NCBI RefSeq assembly: GCF_001194135.2
Contig: NC_068990.1
Coordinates: forward strand, 5,092,028 to 5,156,027
DNA: 64,000 nucleotides
Direction: 5' to 3'
Origin: Octopus bimaculoides
Taxonomy: Eukaryota
The position numbers and the translations under genes are program-made. The notes under the pieces are model-generated. The model did not search any database and was not told where the DNA came from. It saw nothing but the letters and a program-made list of their open reading frames with translations. Shown piece after piece: positions 14,530 to 28,309 of this stretch (the first letter of the stretch is position 1; every line of letters starts with the position of its first letter).

Positions 14530-14830
14530 CTACTGCTGTGGCTGCTGCTGCTGCGATCATAGACTGTTGCAATGCTGTTTCTATTGATCTACTTCTCACC
14601 ATGATCATTCCACAGCTTCTACACTGCTGATGAGGTTCTATCTTTTTTAGCCTACCGGCTCTTGGAGCAGCAGCAGCAGTAGCAGTTGCAATAGTGGTAG
14701 CAGCAACAGTAGCAGTCATAAGAAGAGCAACAGCAGCAGAAGCAATACTGAGCATGATAACAGCAGTTCTAGCAGCAGTTACTGCAACAAAAGCATTGAA
14801 GTAAAAGCAAAGCAACTTGTCAAAATACAA

Positions 14831-14862
<32 letters not shown>

Positions 14863-14885
14863 TAACAATAACAATAATAATAAAA
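14530..14885. repeat. degenerate (GCT/AGC)n and (AAT/AAC)n trinucleotide tract
   Basis: Direct reading; gives open low-complexity frames on both strands. Confidence 0.8.
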
Positions 14886-16149
14886 CAACAAAACCATCAG
14901 AATTGCAGCTGAAAATAATGAGAATTTATAATATCAGTTAGAAGGCTGTGGTAATGATCTGTATTTTCTTTGCTATACTATTGATATCAATACAATTCTT
15001 CAGCTTCCAACCGAACCCTTATACCCATTAATTATTCTACACCTTTTTCTAATTAGCACTGTCATCTTCTTCTCGTCCATCATTCATTCATATTTCTTCT
15101 CTCTTTTGCTCTTTTCAATTGACTGGTTCTTTCTATTCTTTTTTCTTTCTTTCTCTTTCATTTAACCATAGTAGTGCGATTACAAACATTTTCCAACACT
15201 TCTAGTTGTTTCCCTTTGATGATGGAACAGTTCCAAACTTGTACATTGCTGCAAAATGCAGTTTTATCCAACCAAATTTAAGCTGTATATTCTCTTGTAT
15301 CAATTGTATTCCACTCTCGGACTTCTTTCATAGGACATGAGAACAATTTCTCTCTTCATTAAACGATGTAAAAAATATTTTTTACATTAAAATCAAATAT
15401 TTCAAAAATGTCTTTTTAAATATATTTTCTTTGCATTTAATACTATGACTGTTTCCTCTCTCTCTCTTTATCTCTCTCTCCCCCTCTCTCTCTCTCTCTC
15501 TTGCACACAACACACACAAAACACACGCACAACACGCACATACACAACACACACACAACATGCACAAACATACACACAACACACACACACACATACACAC
15601 ACTCATACACACATACACACACTCATACACACACACACAAGTATGAATAAACTCCATAACATAGTATTTAAAATATTAATTCTTTAGAGGGGACGTCTGT
15701 CATCTAAAAGATGGATCAGAAATACACCATAAAGAATTTAGCACAATGCAATACTTTCTCAGCTAGGGCTATATAAGTTATATAAAACACTACAAAAACC
15801 AATGTATTTTATGTACCTAGGTAACCGAGGACTACAGAGTAAGTGAATGAGAGAAAAAAACTATGAAAGTTAAGATCAAACTGCAGTAAGTGTGGGGCTA
15901 ACTTTGTTCTCATTATCATCACTTAATGTTTGAGTATTATGCCAGCATAGGTTGGATAGTTTGACAGGATCTTCTGGGAACAAGAATTGCCGTCTTCAGC
16001 TGGATGCCCTTCATAATACCGACCACTTTATAGAGTGCACTAGATAGATGCCTATTATCATGCCACCAGCCCTAGCAAGGTCACCATGCAGCTTGCAATA
16101 CTACAAACTCTGAGAGAACTAGATTTATACTTTGAGGTAAGGGCTTAAG

Positions 16150-16690
16150 TATGAAAGCGGGGGATAAAGCAGAACTAGATTCTTGCTGTAGAGGCCCTAC
16201 TCGCATTGCAGAAGAAAGCATAAGGAGAGGTCAAGTGGAGATCACAGTGGAGCTGGGAAGAGATGAGAAATGTGATGATAAGATGTCTGTGTGAACCTTT
16301 GAGATATGAGGTGATTAGAAATAGGGGTAAAAAGGACACAAAACAAAAGTGTGAGTGGGTAGGAGCTGCAGGAGTGAACGACAGTGAATGTGTGAGGAGT
16401 GAATATAATGAATGGAGAACAAATGTTGAAACAAAGGAAGGATGATAAGAAGGAGAGATGGTGAGTGATTGAGTAGTTTGCATGATTGTGGGCACAGAGA
16501 GACTGGTGTAGTGCATGAGGAGAGTGAGAAATGTATGGTAGTGGTTCAGGAGGGGAAGGTCAGTGGAGAGGATACTATTGAGTATGAAGGATGGATATCA
16601 AGTGAAATGGTTCCAGGCAGTGAGAAAGATTATTGGTTTTAAGGAAAAAAATAAAGGTGGGTGGAGTTGTGCTGGAGTGGAAATTGAGCA
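16150..16690 (-). mobile_element. possible Penelope-like RT remnant
   Basis: Minus frames give LNFHSS and ISLDI, reminiscent of the NFHP..FLDI region of PLE RTs; heavily decayed. Confidence 0.3.
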
Positions 16691-17090
16691 AAGGGCCCTA
16701 TTGTGCATATACACACACCCCATTTCCCAAACTTAGTATTAATGAGTTTGGTGAGTCTTCTTAATAAGTGCATTTTACCAATCATCTCAGTCCCTTGTCA
16801 TCTCCTCTGTAAGGTCCAGTGCTCTGAGCTCAGCCTTCACCACTTACTTCCTGAATCACTTGAATCCACAAGCTCCATTCACATTATGTGATTGGCACTC
16901 CTTTATACAATTGTATACCTGACTCCTCTTATCACCAGTTTCTCTCTCGGCACCATTAAACTATGTCATTCATGCACACTTACAATGCACATTGAACAGA
17001 GTATACTTCATTTATTTCCAGTCTTCTCTAGTTCTTTGCATTCAAGGTATGTGTGTCACTACCATGAATGTAAGAAGTATTTCATGATAA
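16690..17090 (+). mobile_element. decayed CR1/Daphne-like LINE 3' region
   Basis: Peptide fragments resemble the minus-strand remnant at 40440-41090. Confidence 0.3.
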
Positions 17091-17169
17091 GATAATGTCT
17101 ATACTGCCATCCAATACTTTCTGAAATTTAATTACAATGCATCATTTTAAATATTCACTTGAATTCGTA

Positions 17170-17632
17170 TCCTAAAAATGTAAATAATTTATTCAGAGAG
17201 TTACATTTTTATTTAACATTCTCAGTCTTGTTTTATTTTATCCCAAGTACAATATGTTGTAAACTGGGCAGAATAAATGAATATGCATATATAGAGAAAG
17301 AGTCAATAAAAACCATGCTTCAGAATCTATAATTTTGATGGCAAACATATATACAAAACAATTAGACTAATAAAATGATATTCACTCATCATAAACATCT
17401 TTCTACTGCTATTCATTACAAAGGAAAACAAACAATCAAAGTCAACCAAATTTACAATTGGAACTGAACATGCAGATGAGAGTCAGCAGAATAGCTGATA
17501 ATCAACAGCACAATCACTAATTAATATCCTTTTATCTTTGACAGTTGCTGTGTGTATCTCCAGTCAAACACTTCACTTTTAATGTCCAGGTTTGCTTAGC
17601 TGTGCATATACTGTTCGAAATAAAAGTGCAAT
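17170..17632 (-). other. candidate terminal (3' UTR) exon of a minus-strand gene
   Basis: Acceptor TTTTTTCTTCATGCAG| at 17633; all three frames close within about 35 codons; clustered AATAAA on minus strand at about 17185-17240. Confidence 0.35.
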
Positions 17633-18374
17633 CTGCATGAAGAAAAAACTTTGTTAGTGCAGATTAACAACCAGTATGTGATGAACCCATAATTATAAGT
17701 ACTGTGGCTACTATAACATGTTAATATCAACAGTGACAGTACCTTAAAATTAAGGAAAGATTCATATTTCTTGGTATTGAATTAAACTACTTTTATGGAA
17801 AATGTTGCCTTTGGAAAAGTAAATTCTATGATGTAGGTGCAAGAAGTGTGCTGCAGTTTACTAATAAGATATAAGCATTGAATTAAGATTATATGTATAG
17901 CTTGAAACGATATGGAACTTGAAAAAGCAGTGCATAGGAGTGCTAAGGGAGTTACTGTGAATTGAGAATTGATTGCATGAGTGAAACAACTGCACTGATA
18001 ATAGACTACAGAATAACATCTTTTCTCAGAGAGGAGGAGATGTCATATCAGTCTAACCCAGTTAACACTTTTAAGGCATTAAAAATGCTTCTACACAATT
18101 ACTGAATCTGCTGAAAATAGCAACTAAGCTGCTTTCAAATCCCACAGTATTTCTTATAAAAGGAAAGAGCTAGTGGATAATGTAATCCTAGATAAGCTAA
18201 ATCTGAATGAAAGACAATATGGCCATGACTCGATTGTCTATTGTCAAAGGTCTACTTGATTAGGGCTAACCTATGGCTAAGCTACTTTTACAGAATTGGG
18301 GGAAATGATAATTGCATGGTTCTCTGTGATTCAAAACATCATCATCATCATCAGTTTTTAATGTTCAGTTCTCA

Positions 18375-19600
18375 CATTTTGCTTAACTGTTTTTCATGCA
18401 AGTTAACATTACAGATCAAATGAGTCATGCTCACTTCCTTTTGTTTTGATATCTGTACTTCAGCCTAATTCAATGTCCCTGTATCACTAGTAACACTTCT
18501 AATACAGTCTGCTTTTTTTTTTCCGAAGAGAAACAGTTTGTTGCCAGTATAGTCAATAGCTCCTTGAAAGTTGTTTCCCTCTAATTTCTTTAGTAAATAT
18601 AAACTATCAACTATGGCTAATGAGCTTTCTGAATAGTTCAAAAACTTCATTTCATGTTTGTCCTAGAACACAAGCATTCCAATTCTAGTACTGTACACCC
18701 AATAAATTTCCAAGAACACTTCTTACATATCAAGTACAGCCATGTCCCAGACAGCATAGAGATTTTGAACTCTCTGTAATTCACATTTTCATTGTTGCCA
18801 TGTTACTTTTGGCCTTTGAACACTAAACCATTCTTTTGAGTGTGGAACCTTTTAGGCAATTCTTCATCACACTCAGTTAAGAAAACAAGGCTTGGGAACT
18901 TTATATGGTGATGGCTCATTCTCTTATAGCATCAAGAACAATAATAAAAAGATAGGGTTAGCACAGATCCCTATTGAATACTTAATTTTACATGAAATAA
19001 ATTCATCATTGAACTTGCTACTAATTCTAAAATTGCTTACAGCACTATACATAGCTTGCATGGCTCACACAAACATTTCTTTAAACCATAATTCCTTTAG
19101 CTCTCAAACTAAAGAGTGTCAAACTCTGTCAAAAACCTTTTCTGTATCAACAAATGTAGAATAGAGGAATTTGTTCATAGAAGAGAATTTTTAAAAGTTA
19201 ATTATATCACAATATAACATCCATATTTATATATCACTTTCAAAATTAGCCAATTTTAGGCCTCTGACTGTCTGTCTGTCTCTCTTTCTCTCTCCCCCCA
19301 GAATATATCTCCATTGCTAAGTAGAAGCAAAAATCCAGATGGCCTCTGTTGCTTGAGGTTGACCATGCATCTGGATATGTATGGACCTGAGCAAGATTTT
19401 ACTTTTGAGGAAGACTATTAGTTGCCCATACATGCTCCTCTCTAACCCACCAAGTTTTATCCAGAGGAAAGTTTGCTTATTTAGGACAATGAAACTTGGC
19501 AAAAGTATCATTGCAGGTGTTACTGTCCAAATGCAAAGAACCAGAATAGATTTCTTAAATACCTGTCCTACTCTCCAACAGTTCCACGAATCCAATACCC
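18375..19600 (-). mobile_element. piggyBac (PGBD-like) transposase fossil
   Basis: Collinear decayed motifs SLHLDSNTCNDTFAKF (cf. YLHLADN..NDKFAKV), SVQRPKV, LAIVDSLYLLK, SVTSD..GTLN and CNVNLH (cf. terminal C..C..LH); multiple stops and frameshifts. Confidence 0.5.
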
Positions 19601-20964
19601 TAAATATAAGAAATTAAATGTTAAATAGGTCATAGTTAAGTTTTAATGAGTTTTAATTAGTGTGTGTAATGAAGAATATAGTTTCACACAATAGCAAGCA
19701 TACAGAGTTTAAAAGCATATTCTGTTATATATATATGAAAAAGATTGATATTTAGATACCTGTCTGTACTCTAAAAAAGACAAAAAAAAAACGTATAGAA
19801 CAAACTCTATGATTTTTTTCCTTCTATCTTGTGAAGACGTCTCCCCAGAGAGTATAAAGTTACAAAAGATGCATCTGAATGCACTGCTACACAGTGACCT
19901 GCATACAACCGAGTTCTTATTTCCTTTTCTTTCTTGGCATCAGTCAAAATCTGATCAATCAAATGTTAGCAATGATTAAAAATATCATCAAAGCAATATT
20001 GGTTTCTTATATTTTCAAAAGATTTTTTTTTTTTTTACTATAATCAATAGAATCAGTTACGAAACTTGCTTGATACTTGTTAACCTTACATCTATGGAAG
20101 AAGAGATGACTCTAAAGAGGTTTGAACTCAGAAAAGTTGATAAACTATATACTGCATTTCTATCCTCTCAACCACTTTGTACACAAGATATCTATTGGAA
20201 ACATTACTTTCAATTGGGACTAGAAGCCTTCTGTTGCAAGTAAGGGGGACATTAGGTTTGGTTGTGCCACTTTTAATTTGTTGTTTTGGAGCCAAGTTTC
20301 TGAGTGATTAACATGAAGTTGGAGTAACCATGAAGCTGTAGCTGCACAATACTTGGGAGAGTGTGGGTACCATGTATTTTGTGGAAGTTTTGCAAATGCA
20401 TTGTTCAATTGCATTTCTCTGGTTATTGGTAAGTACTTGCTAAAGACTTTTAGACGTTGCTTTGTGCAAAAACCACATCAGTTATGTTTTGATGATGTCC
20501 ACATAGTGAAAAAAGTACTTTTCTTTGATAAACATTTATCATTATAAATATTTATTCATGATGTAACCATCCTGTTTGCTTTGCTGGTGTATTATATTCA
20601 GGATTACTTTATCCAATATACTTCTCCACATTTTTTTAAAGAAAGTAGACTATTATTTGGGATGAAATTTGGCTGTATTTTCATTGGCTCAACAATTTCT
20701 GGTGATTTCCCATGGCAAACTAATATATACAACGTTATTAAAAACGCACTAGTTTTCTCTTTCTGCTCAGATCAGCAGATGACAGAAATCAAGTATAACC
20801 TACATTAAACAACTGCTTACAAGAGTAGAATGGCATGGCTGCTAGACATACAAACATCTTAGAGTGCAGCAGTAAAAAGACCATGCAGTGAACAGGCAAA
20901 GACTCACTCACTAGCATAATATACTGAGCTGTAGTCTCCTCTAATTCTTTTTCTACTACTACTG

Positions 20965-20996
<32 letters not shown>

Positions 20997-21377
20997 GGCT
21001 TCTATGTTTTGAGCTAGGAAGGTGCTTCTCACCTCAACCGAAGCCCATCTCTGATGCACATGTATGTTCTTTTATCACCCCATTTAATTTATCCTGCGAA
21101 AACACTGCATTAGACATTTGATCAACCTCTTTACTCCATAGCTGCTGTCTTCTGGAACTCTTTCTCTGCTCATGTTATTGATTAGCTCTACATCAGCTTT
21201 GATCAAATAGATCTAAGAACACAGGCATTCCAGCGTTGACTACCCTGTCTTTCCTTTCTCAGACAGAGTCTCTTGGATTACACTATCAAATGTACCATCA
21301 TTTTTTTAAGCAATAAAGTATGATTTGATGGAGATTTAGCCACAGTTTCTTACAGGTCAAGTGACATTCCCACTGGC

Positions 21378-21456
21378 TCAGGCATCAACTTCTAACTTCA
21401 GGCATCAACGTCTAACTTCAGGCATCAACTTCTAACTTCAGGCATCAATTTCTAAC
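21378..21456. repeat. 20-bp minisatellite TCAGGCATCAACTTCTAACT, 4 copies
   Basis: Head-to-tail copies with no spacers; single substitutions in copies 2 and 4. Confidence 0.95.
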
Positions 21457-23014
21457 AGTATATCAACAACAAGTGACTTTATCTGTCTCAGGTAACCTGA
21501 AAAATCAGTCTTTCATTTACCTCCATTAAAAATATTACATATTAATCCTTAGAAATATAGATAAATTCTTATATATACAGAATGGTAATCACAGCCAAAA
21601 TATATTAGAATTAAAAGGTAGAGAATTAACTAAGTTGTAGGAAGCAAAATAAAAATGTATATTACGACAGTACTAAATCTAAATAGTATAAATATTATGG
21701 CTTTAAATCTCTTTGAATGAAATAGTTCCGATAAAATGCTAGAATAAGTATTAAAAGGCAACACTATTCTTATATAGTGGCTATTTTAATGCTATAGCTA
21801 TTCAACTTACATTTCATATATCTAGTTGAATGATGCAGACAAAGGCTGTCATTCAACAACAAAATCAGTATATTGCATTGCATTATTGTATGAAATGTAT
21901 TTTATAACATTATGACACAAAACACCAGATAATAGGTTATACAAGACTATTGACAAGTAATTTGGTGACCTACATTTCTGAGATTGAATCTTGTGATCAT
22001 TGACTCATTTTATGTTAGTAAGAGAAATGAAATTCTAATATCTGACTCTGAAAGTCCACAAGTTTCCTTTAAATATATAAATGATGTTTCAGATACAAGA
22101 AGCTATCCAGCAACATACACCCTGTATAATATACAAAGATTTTGTCTCTAAGTATAACCTATTATGTCACACAATGCATTGTACTATAAAACACATTATC
22201 AAAGCCTTTTTTCCTAACAGATAAGGTGTATAATTCTATAAAATGTCACTAAATCCATTGAACACAGAAATACTACACAGTTTGTAACCAACTACATTAT
22301 CCTCTCTTATCAAAAAGTGACGAGATTCTAAGAATAAAAATTGCAGTAATCTAATTGATGATCTCATTTCTCATATTTATGCATCCAAAATTCACTTTAC
22401 ATGTAAACGAAATACGTTACCATATATTGAAATTATAAATGATACACTACATTCAATATAATATTCTTACTCTGTAACAAAAAAAAAATCATTCTTATGT
22501 TATAAACCAGCTTTACATTAAGAAATTAGATAAATTATTGCATAATTTTAATATAACATGGTTATACTAAGCTAAAACAAAGAATTTTTACCCATATAAC
22601 ACAGTCAGTTAACTCAATACCATTAAGAAACTGTTTGCTTGGTCACTCGCTGTTACATATCAGTTGTTTTAAACCCTTAGTATTGTTTAATGGTCTACTC
22701 ATATCAAATATCTACATTCATTAGCTGCCAGGAGTTATACAGCCAAGATAGTAAAAAACATGATAAGACATCTAAACAAAAATATTGATTATAGAGATAC
22801 TGCCATTGAATCAACAACATTATACTTGTTCTTGTAATAATAAAATCATTTACTACAAGCAAACCCCATCAGGAAATTTACAAGCTCTTTGGGGAGTAAT
22901 ATTAGGTGCAGATTATTTAATTTCAATTTTGTTTGTCATTCAGCATCTGCTAATTGGTCTCAAGTCTATGCAGATATCTAGTAGCTATCTGTCTGTGTCT
23001 GCTGCAGGCTATAC

Positions 23015-23086
23015 CTGTTAATTGGTACCAAGTGCTGCTAACAGTTTTGTCTGTAGCTCCTTGTCTATATCAGCTACAGGCAATTC
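23015..23086 (-). CDS. candidate last coding exon, ELPVADIDKELQTKLLAALGTN*
   Basis: T-rich acceptor TTAATTATCAG|; only phase 0 stays open; TAA at 23020-23018, then CAG|GTATAG donor. Confidence 0.45.
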
Positions 23087-24254
23087 CTGATAATTAATAC
23101 CAAATAATAGATTTATTCCAATTCAGTATGAAGAGCAATATTCAGTACTACATTTTAGAAAACAGAGCAGAAAACTATGTTTTGACAAATTATAATAGAA
23201 AGCAAAGTTGGTTTGTTCTGAAGAGAGATAACAATTTAAATACATTGGCACAATGTAACATTTTCACTGGAGAAGGTGTAGTTAATTGGATGAAGCATAT
23301 TACCCACTTTAAACTTATTTCAACAAGCATGGAAGAATGAAAGATAAAGTGAACCTCAAAACAAGCTTTGAACACAGAACACAGAATAACATAATTAAAT
23401 ATCCCAAGGCATTTAGTCTACTGCTGTATCATTTATGTGACTCTACCATTCTTTACAAGCAGTCATATTTTAACTTATTAGTCAATTACTTCTTTTCATT
23501 TCCTTGATATCAACTCAGCAACTTACACCTTATATTCAAATATATGCTGTAACTCACTATAAGAGCCTTTATTTTCTTTCCGACTTTGCCAACTTTAACT
23601 TTTAACATCTTTTGAATCTCTCATTTTCATAATTTAAGAGCAGTTACCACTTCTGGCTACTGAAACTGCTGCTTTGAATAAAAGAAAATATTTTCTAAGA
23701 CAACAAACATAAAATAACCACTTTAATGTTAACACAAATTTGTGAGCAAAAGTGCAATAAGAGAAAGTGAGTAGTAAATTAAGAGCAACTATTTATGTGG
23801 GACATTGCAAACAAAAATTCAGATATACAGAAATATTGACATGAGGTGTATTTACTTCATTAGAAGTGAAGTCACATAAGGCAAGTGGTTAGGTGTTGGG
23901 CTCACAATCATAGGGTCAGTGGTTTGACTTTTGGACTGAGCAGTACAGTGTGTCCTTAAGCCAGGTATTTCTTTTCTCATTACTCCAGTCTACTCAGATT
24001 ATAAATGAAATACAATATGGAAATAAAAAGAAAGAGTTGCATTTAGAAAGTACAAGATGAACTTTAGTAATGCTCTGGGTTTTAAATGCTGACAAAGAAG
24101 ATGTGATGACGAATTGAATATTTATAATGACACTAAGTAATTTTGATTTTGTATTTGGTTTGCAAGATTCTTGAAGTGAAATTGTGCATTGGAATAGATC
24201 TTGAGAAGGTCATTATACCAATAATAAACACATGCACTGGTTCTATTCTAATTC

Positions 24255-24359
<105 letters not shown>

Positions 24360-26711
24360 AATAGCTAACCATTTAACCATTTGACTAATCAATTGTTAGA
24401 TTAATCATGTGATCAATCAACATTCAACTAAGTTTAACAGGGTCATTTGTTTGCCATTTGTATTCTCATCAATCCCGTACAAAATGACCCCCCCACCCCA
24501 AGATACAACAAAACACATAGTTTGGAGTTTGTTGAGAATTTTATAAGTGGATGTGTGAGAAATAAAAATCAGTTGAGGCTTATTAATATGTGCCTGGTAA
24601 CACGTATCCTCTGGCCACAATAAGGTAAATCTTATAGCCAGAAAGAAAAGATTTATATAGGCTTACTAAAAGCTTTGAGAACATTCCTTGTGGCATTTAA
24701 GCATCAAAATTACTTTTTCTTCTCTATCAATGCCTACCGAAACTGTCAATGCCTATCAAAAGTGTCAGTAGGCATTTTGATAAAGGTCAGGGATAGATTG
24801 CTGTTAGCTTTGGTTAATATTGTCAAATATGGTAATGCTAATTGCAAGCAGATTTAACTTTAAGCCTACATGTAAGTTCAAACCAGAAGAAGATATCTAT
24901 GATAGAAACCCACTCCTCTTTTGTCATAAGTTGAACAAAATAAAGGAATGCCATGGAATTCAACAATATAGTGAATGCCATGGAATATAATAATAAACAA
25001 CTAATGCAAGTTAAATAAGCAAATACCAATTAGCAGAACTGAAAAATGAAATTGTTCAATTCAGTTCATAAATTGATGAATTTTTGGAAAATATTCTTGT
25101 ATAGAAATAATCATTAAAAATTAGAAAATCAATAAGACGTATGTGTATGTGAAAAAATACTTACAATGTTATGTTATCAATCAAATTGTTCAGTTATAAA
25201 TTGTTCAAATATTGAAAAGCTTCTTGAGAAGAGATGCATGTATGGATAAACATATGTTGCAAGTAAATTTCTTAACTGTGTGAGTGTGAAAATGCTTATG
25301 TGACAGCATGGTGATGTAGATGGAGAAAGCATTTTGCATATGACAAATAGTCAGCTATGAAGAAAATCTGAGAAGTAGCAATCTGTTGTGGCTGGAAAAA
25401 GAGTCAGAATGTGGCTACATACCTGTTGTATGTGAGACAAAGGTAACAATCTGACATGGTATACTCAGTTGAGTTACACATGACACCTTTTATTTTAATT
25501 GTAGCCATACAAAACCTAATAGAATTCAAATGGAGTTACAAATGAAATTGCTAGCAGGAACTAATTTTAGGTACTTTACATATCTCGGCAGTTTTAAATG
25601 AGCAATAGTAGAAAACTGTTTACCATGGGTTATTATAAAAATGAAGACGACCTGCTTGGCAGAGATGACAATACGGAGACTCATGTTTGTTCAGTGTTCT
25701 CTTGTGTGTCAGTGATTAAGACAACATGGTGGCTTGTGTCTATGTACAGTGACATATTTTGAGTCTTTCAGATTTGTAGTATGGAAAAGAATGACTTCAG
25801 GTCAATTTCAGAGATGTCTCTTGCTAAATTTATTGCTTCAGATTTATTTTGCTTAACATGTGCCTCATGGTGACACTAGCTTGATGACAAGTTCTGTTTA
25901 AATTAGACAAAAGAAGAATGAACGATTACAAGCTGTGATATGGATAATAATTGTAATGCACATCCATTCATATGAGCAATGTTCATAAATGATATGTTGA
26001 GGAAGTTTAGTCCTTGCAATGGAGTGAAAGACTGAACACAAGAACTTGAATTAAATTGTGGCTAGTTTGCAACATATGATGGAAAGTAAGCTTAACAGTA
26101 GCAAAATCATGACCTGTAGCATGAGAGACAGTAAATCACATGTTGATAGCAATTTACAATAAACCATGAAGTGACATGAATAGTTAGTGATGTGTATAAT
26201 TTATAGTTTGGAGTGTTTTTTTTTTTTTTTGTATGTGAATGTGTGTGAAATGAGAAAATATTTTAACAGCAGGAGAAAATTGAAAAATATTTTAACATGA
26301 GCTTAAAGGCACATTGCCTCCAGCAATATGAGAAATCTCTAAAGAACGCTAAATTCCAAGCTTTATATAGGCTGACTAAAAGTTTTGAGAATGTTCATTT
26401 TCCCATTTAGGAGCAAAAATTAAAACTTTCTGACATAAAAGATCCTGACATAAAAAAATGATTGGCTGGGAAAAGTGTGAGTAGATATTTTGATGAAATT
26501 CATTGGAAGATTGCATCTAGCTATGGTCAACACTACAAAACATAGCAATGCTAATTGTAAGTAGATTTAACTTTAAACTTGGTTCAAATGCAAAGAAACT
26601 CTTTTGCAAGCCATAAACAGTAAATGATTTAACAGTGTTACACAGTATGCACCAAATTCTTTTTTATTCTCCATTAAATATAAAAATCAACATCACAGTT
26701 TCCAATCTTAC

Positions 26712-26781
26712 ATAAGAAATGAAAAGGTACCCATGGTTGAGAAAGCGGAAAAGGCTTCTGGAGCAGACTTCTCATCCATTA
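26712..26781 (-). CDS. candidate internal exon (phase 1 to 2), MDEKSAPEAFSAFSTMGTFSFL
   Basis: Strong acceptor CTTCTTTCTCTTAG| and donor |GTAAGA; one open frame. Confidence 0.4.
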
Positions 26782-28309
26782 CTAAGAGAAAGAAGCACTC
26801 TCAGTGTCTAGTAAGTTATATTTGTATTCATTCAGTAGATCCAGGCATCAATGACAAATCCAGCATGTTAAGGAGCTGGTGTAGGCCATTGCTTAGTAGC
26901 TCTCATAGGAGCATCCACTATCAGGCATGTGTAGCATGAAGAAATCAAGTGGAAGCATCGCATGATGAAAAGGCAGTTGATGTTCAGCAAGATCCAAGAG
27001 AACCATGTGGTCATGTGATTCCATACAGTATATGATCTCTTAACTTTCTTGATTTAAACTCCCTGAACTACTGCATCAGGATGGATGTTACTAGCTAGTG
27101 GACCCATGGTGCCAAAACTCATTAAGGTAACTGTCATTGGTCTAGTGGTGCAGGGACTATCAGATGCTGGTACATTTCCATGATTGCCTCAGAACTGTCA
27201 ATGAAGCTAAGGGTAGTTTTGTTGAATGGCGTATTACTTTGATGCATTTATTTGAACTTGAGTGCCATTTTTTCTGGAAGAATGTTTTCTGTTTGGCATG
27301 TTTTACTTTTTCCATGTTAAATCCTTTACGATGTGCATCAGGCAACCAAAGACAAAAACTTTTATATTTTTAAACTTATCCTATTTTCATCACTAAATTT
27401 CACAGATAGCTTTCAAAATCAATATTTAACATGCTACAGTAAGGTTTCTAATGTTAGACCATCTGAAGTATCACAAACAGAATATAATGGAACTTGGTTT
27501 CTTTCAAGTAAAAACTTCTATTGAAAGAAGTAATAGTTACAAGCTACATATCCACAAACAATAAGAAAATGATCATTTAAGTGGAATTGTCAACAATATT
27601 TAAATCATAGATTATACTCAGGCTAAAGCATTTTATTGTGATGCCTTTTTAGTTGAGCTTTTAGTTTGTTGCAAAACATTTTGCTTTATTATAACTTTTA
27701 GCTATCCATTACACTTGCACAAAACTGCTGCATTGATTTCCATGTCTTCAGGTAAATTCCGATATCATATGCAGCTTTTTTTCAAGACTACTTCTTTGAA
27801 GAAAAGTTTATTTTCTATATATTCCTACTGGGCATTATAATCTATAATTTCAGCTATTAACCAACAACTTTCTACTTAGTAGGGGCCCCTAAGGAATTTG
27901 AATTAAAAGCCATCTTTGGCAGTAAAAATAAAGCTTCACATGCAACAAGATATTATTACTTGGTACAATGTTGAGCTGTCGAGCACATGTGTAGCATTTT
28001 AAAGGGGTTGAGGCTAGAAAAGGCAAAATTAGGCTGCCATCTCTATGGATCTTTAGATAACGGTAAGCATTTCACAATATAATCTTGGCAGCACATTGAA
28101 TTTGACATGATTTAGCTATGAGGAATAGGTTCCAGATTAACTTAAAATTATCTGAGAATAAACCAATAAACTATCAGGAAGTAGTTTTTCTCTAATCTAC
28201 CCAATCTGATGAAAGAAGAACAAAGCACAAAAACTTAAAACTCATCAGCACTTAGATATTTACATAATTAGGAAGGTAAATGCAAAATAAAATCTAAAAT
28301 TAACCTGAA

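Noticed and set aside
15366-15387. 22-bp perfect palindrome ATGTAAAAAATATTTTTTACAT
   Set aside because: Low-complexity A/T runs make this unsurprising in AT-rich DNA
20220-20808. Cluster of 60-75 aa ORFs in unique-looking sequence
   Set aside because: No splice signals or recognisable motifs; probably old TE sequence
21378-21456. Short repeat arrays (also 57316-57358) as CRISPR-like
   Set aside because: Head-to-tail with no spacers, eukaryotic context, no cas genes
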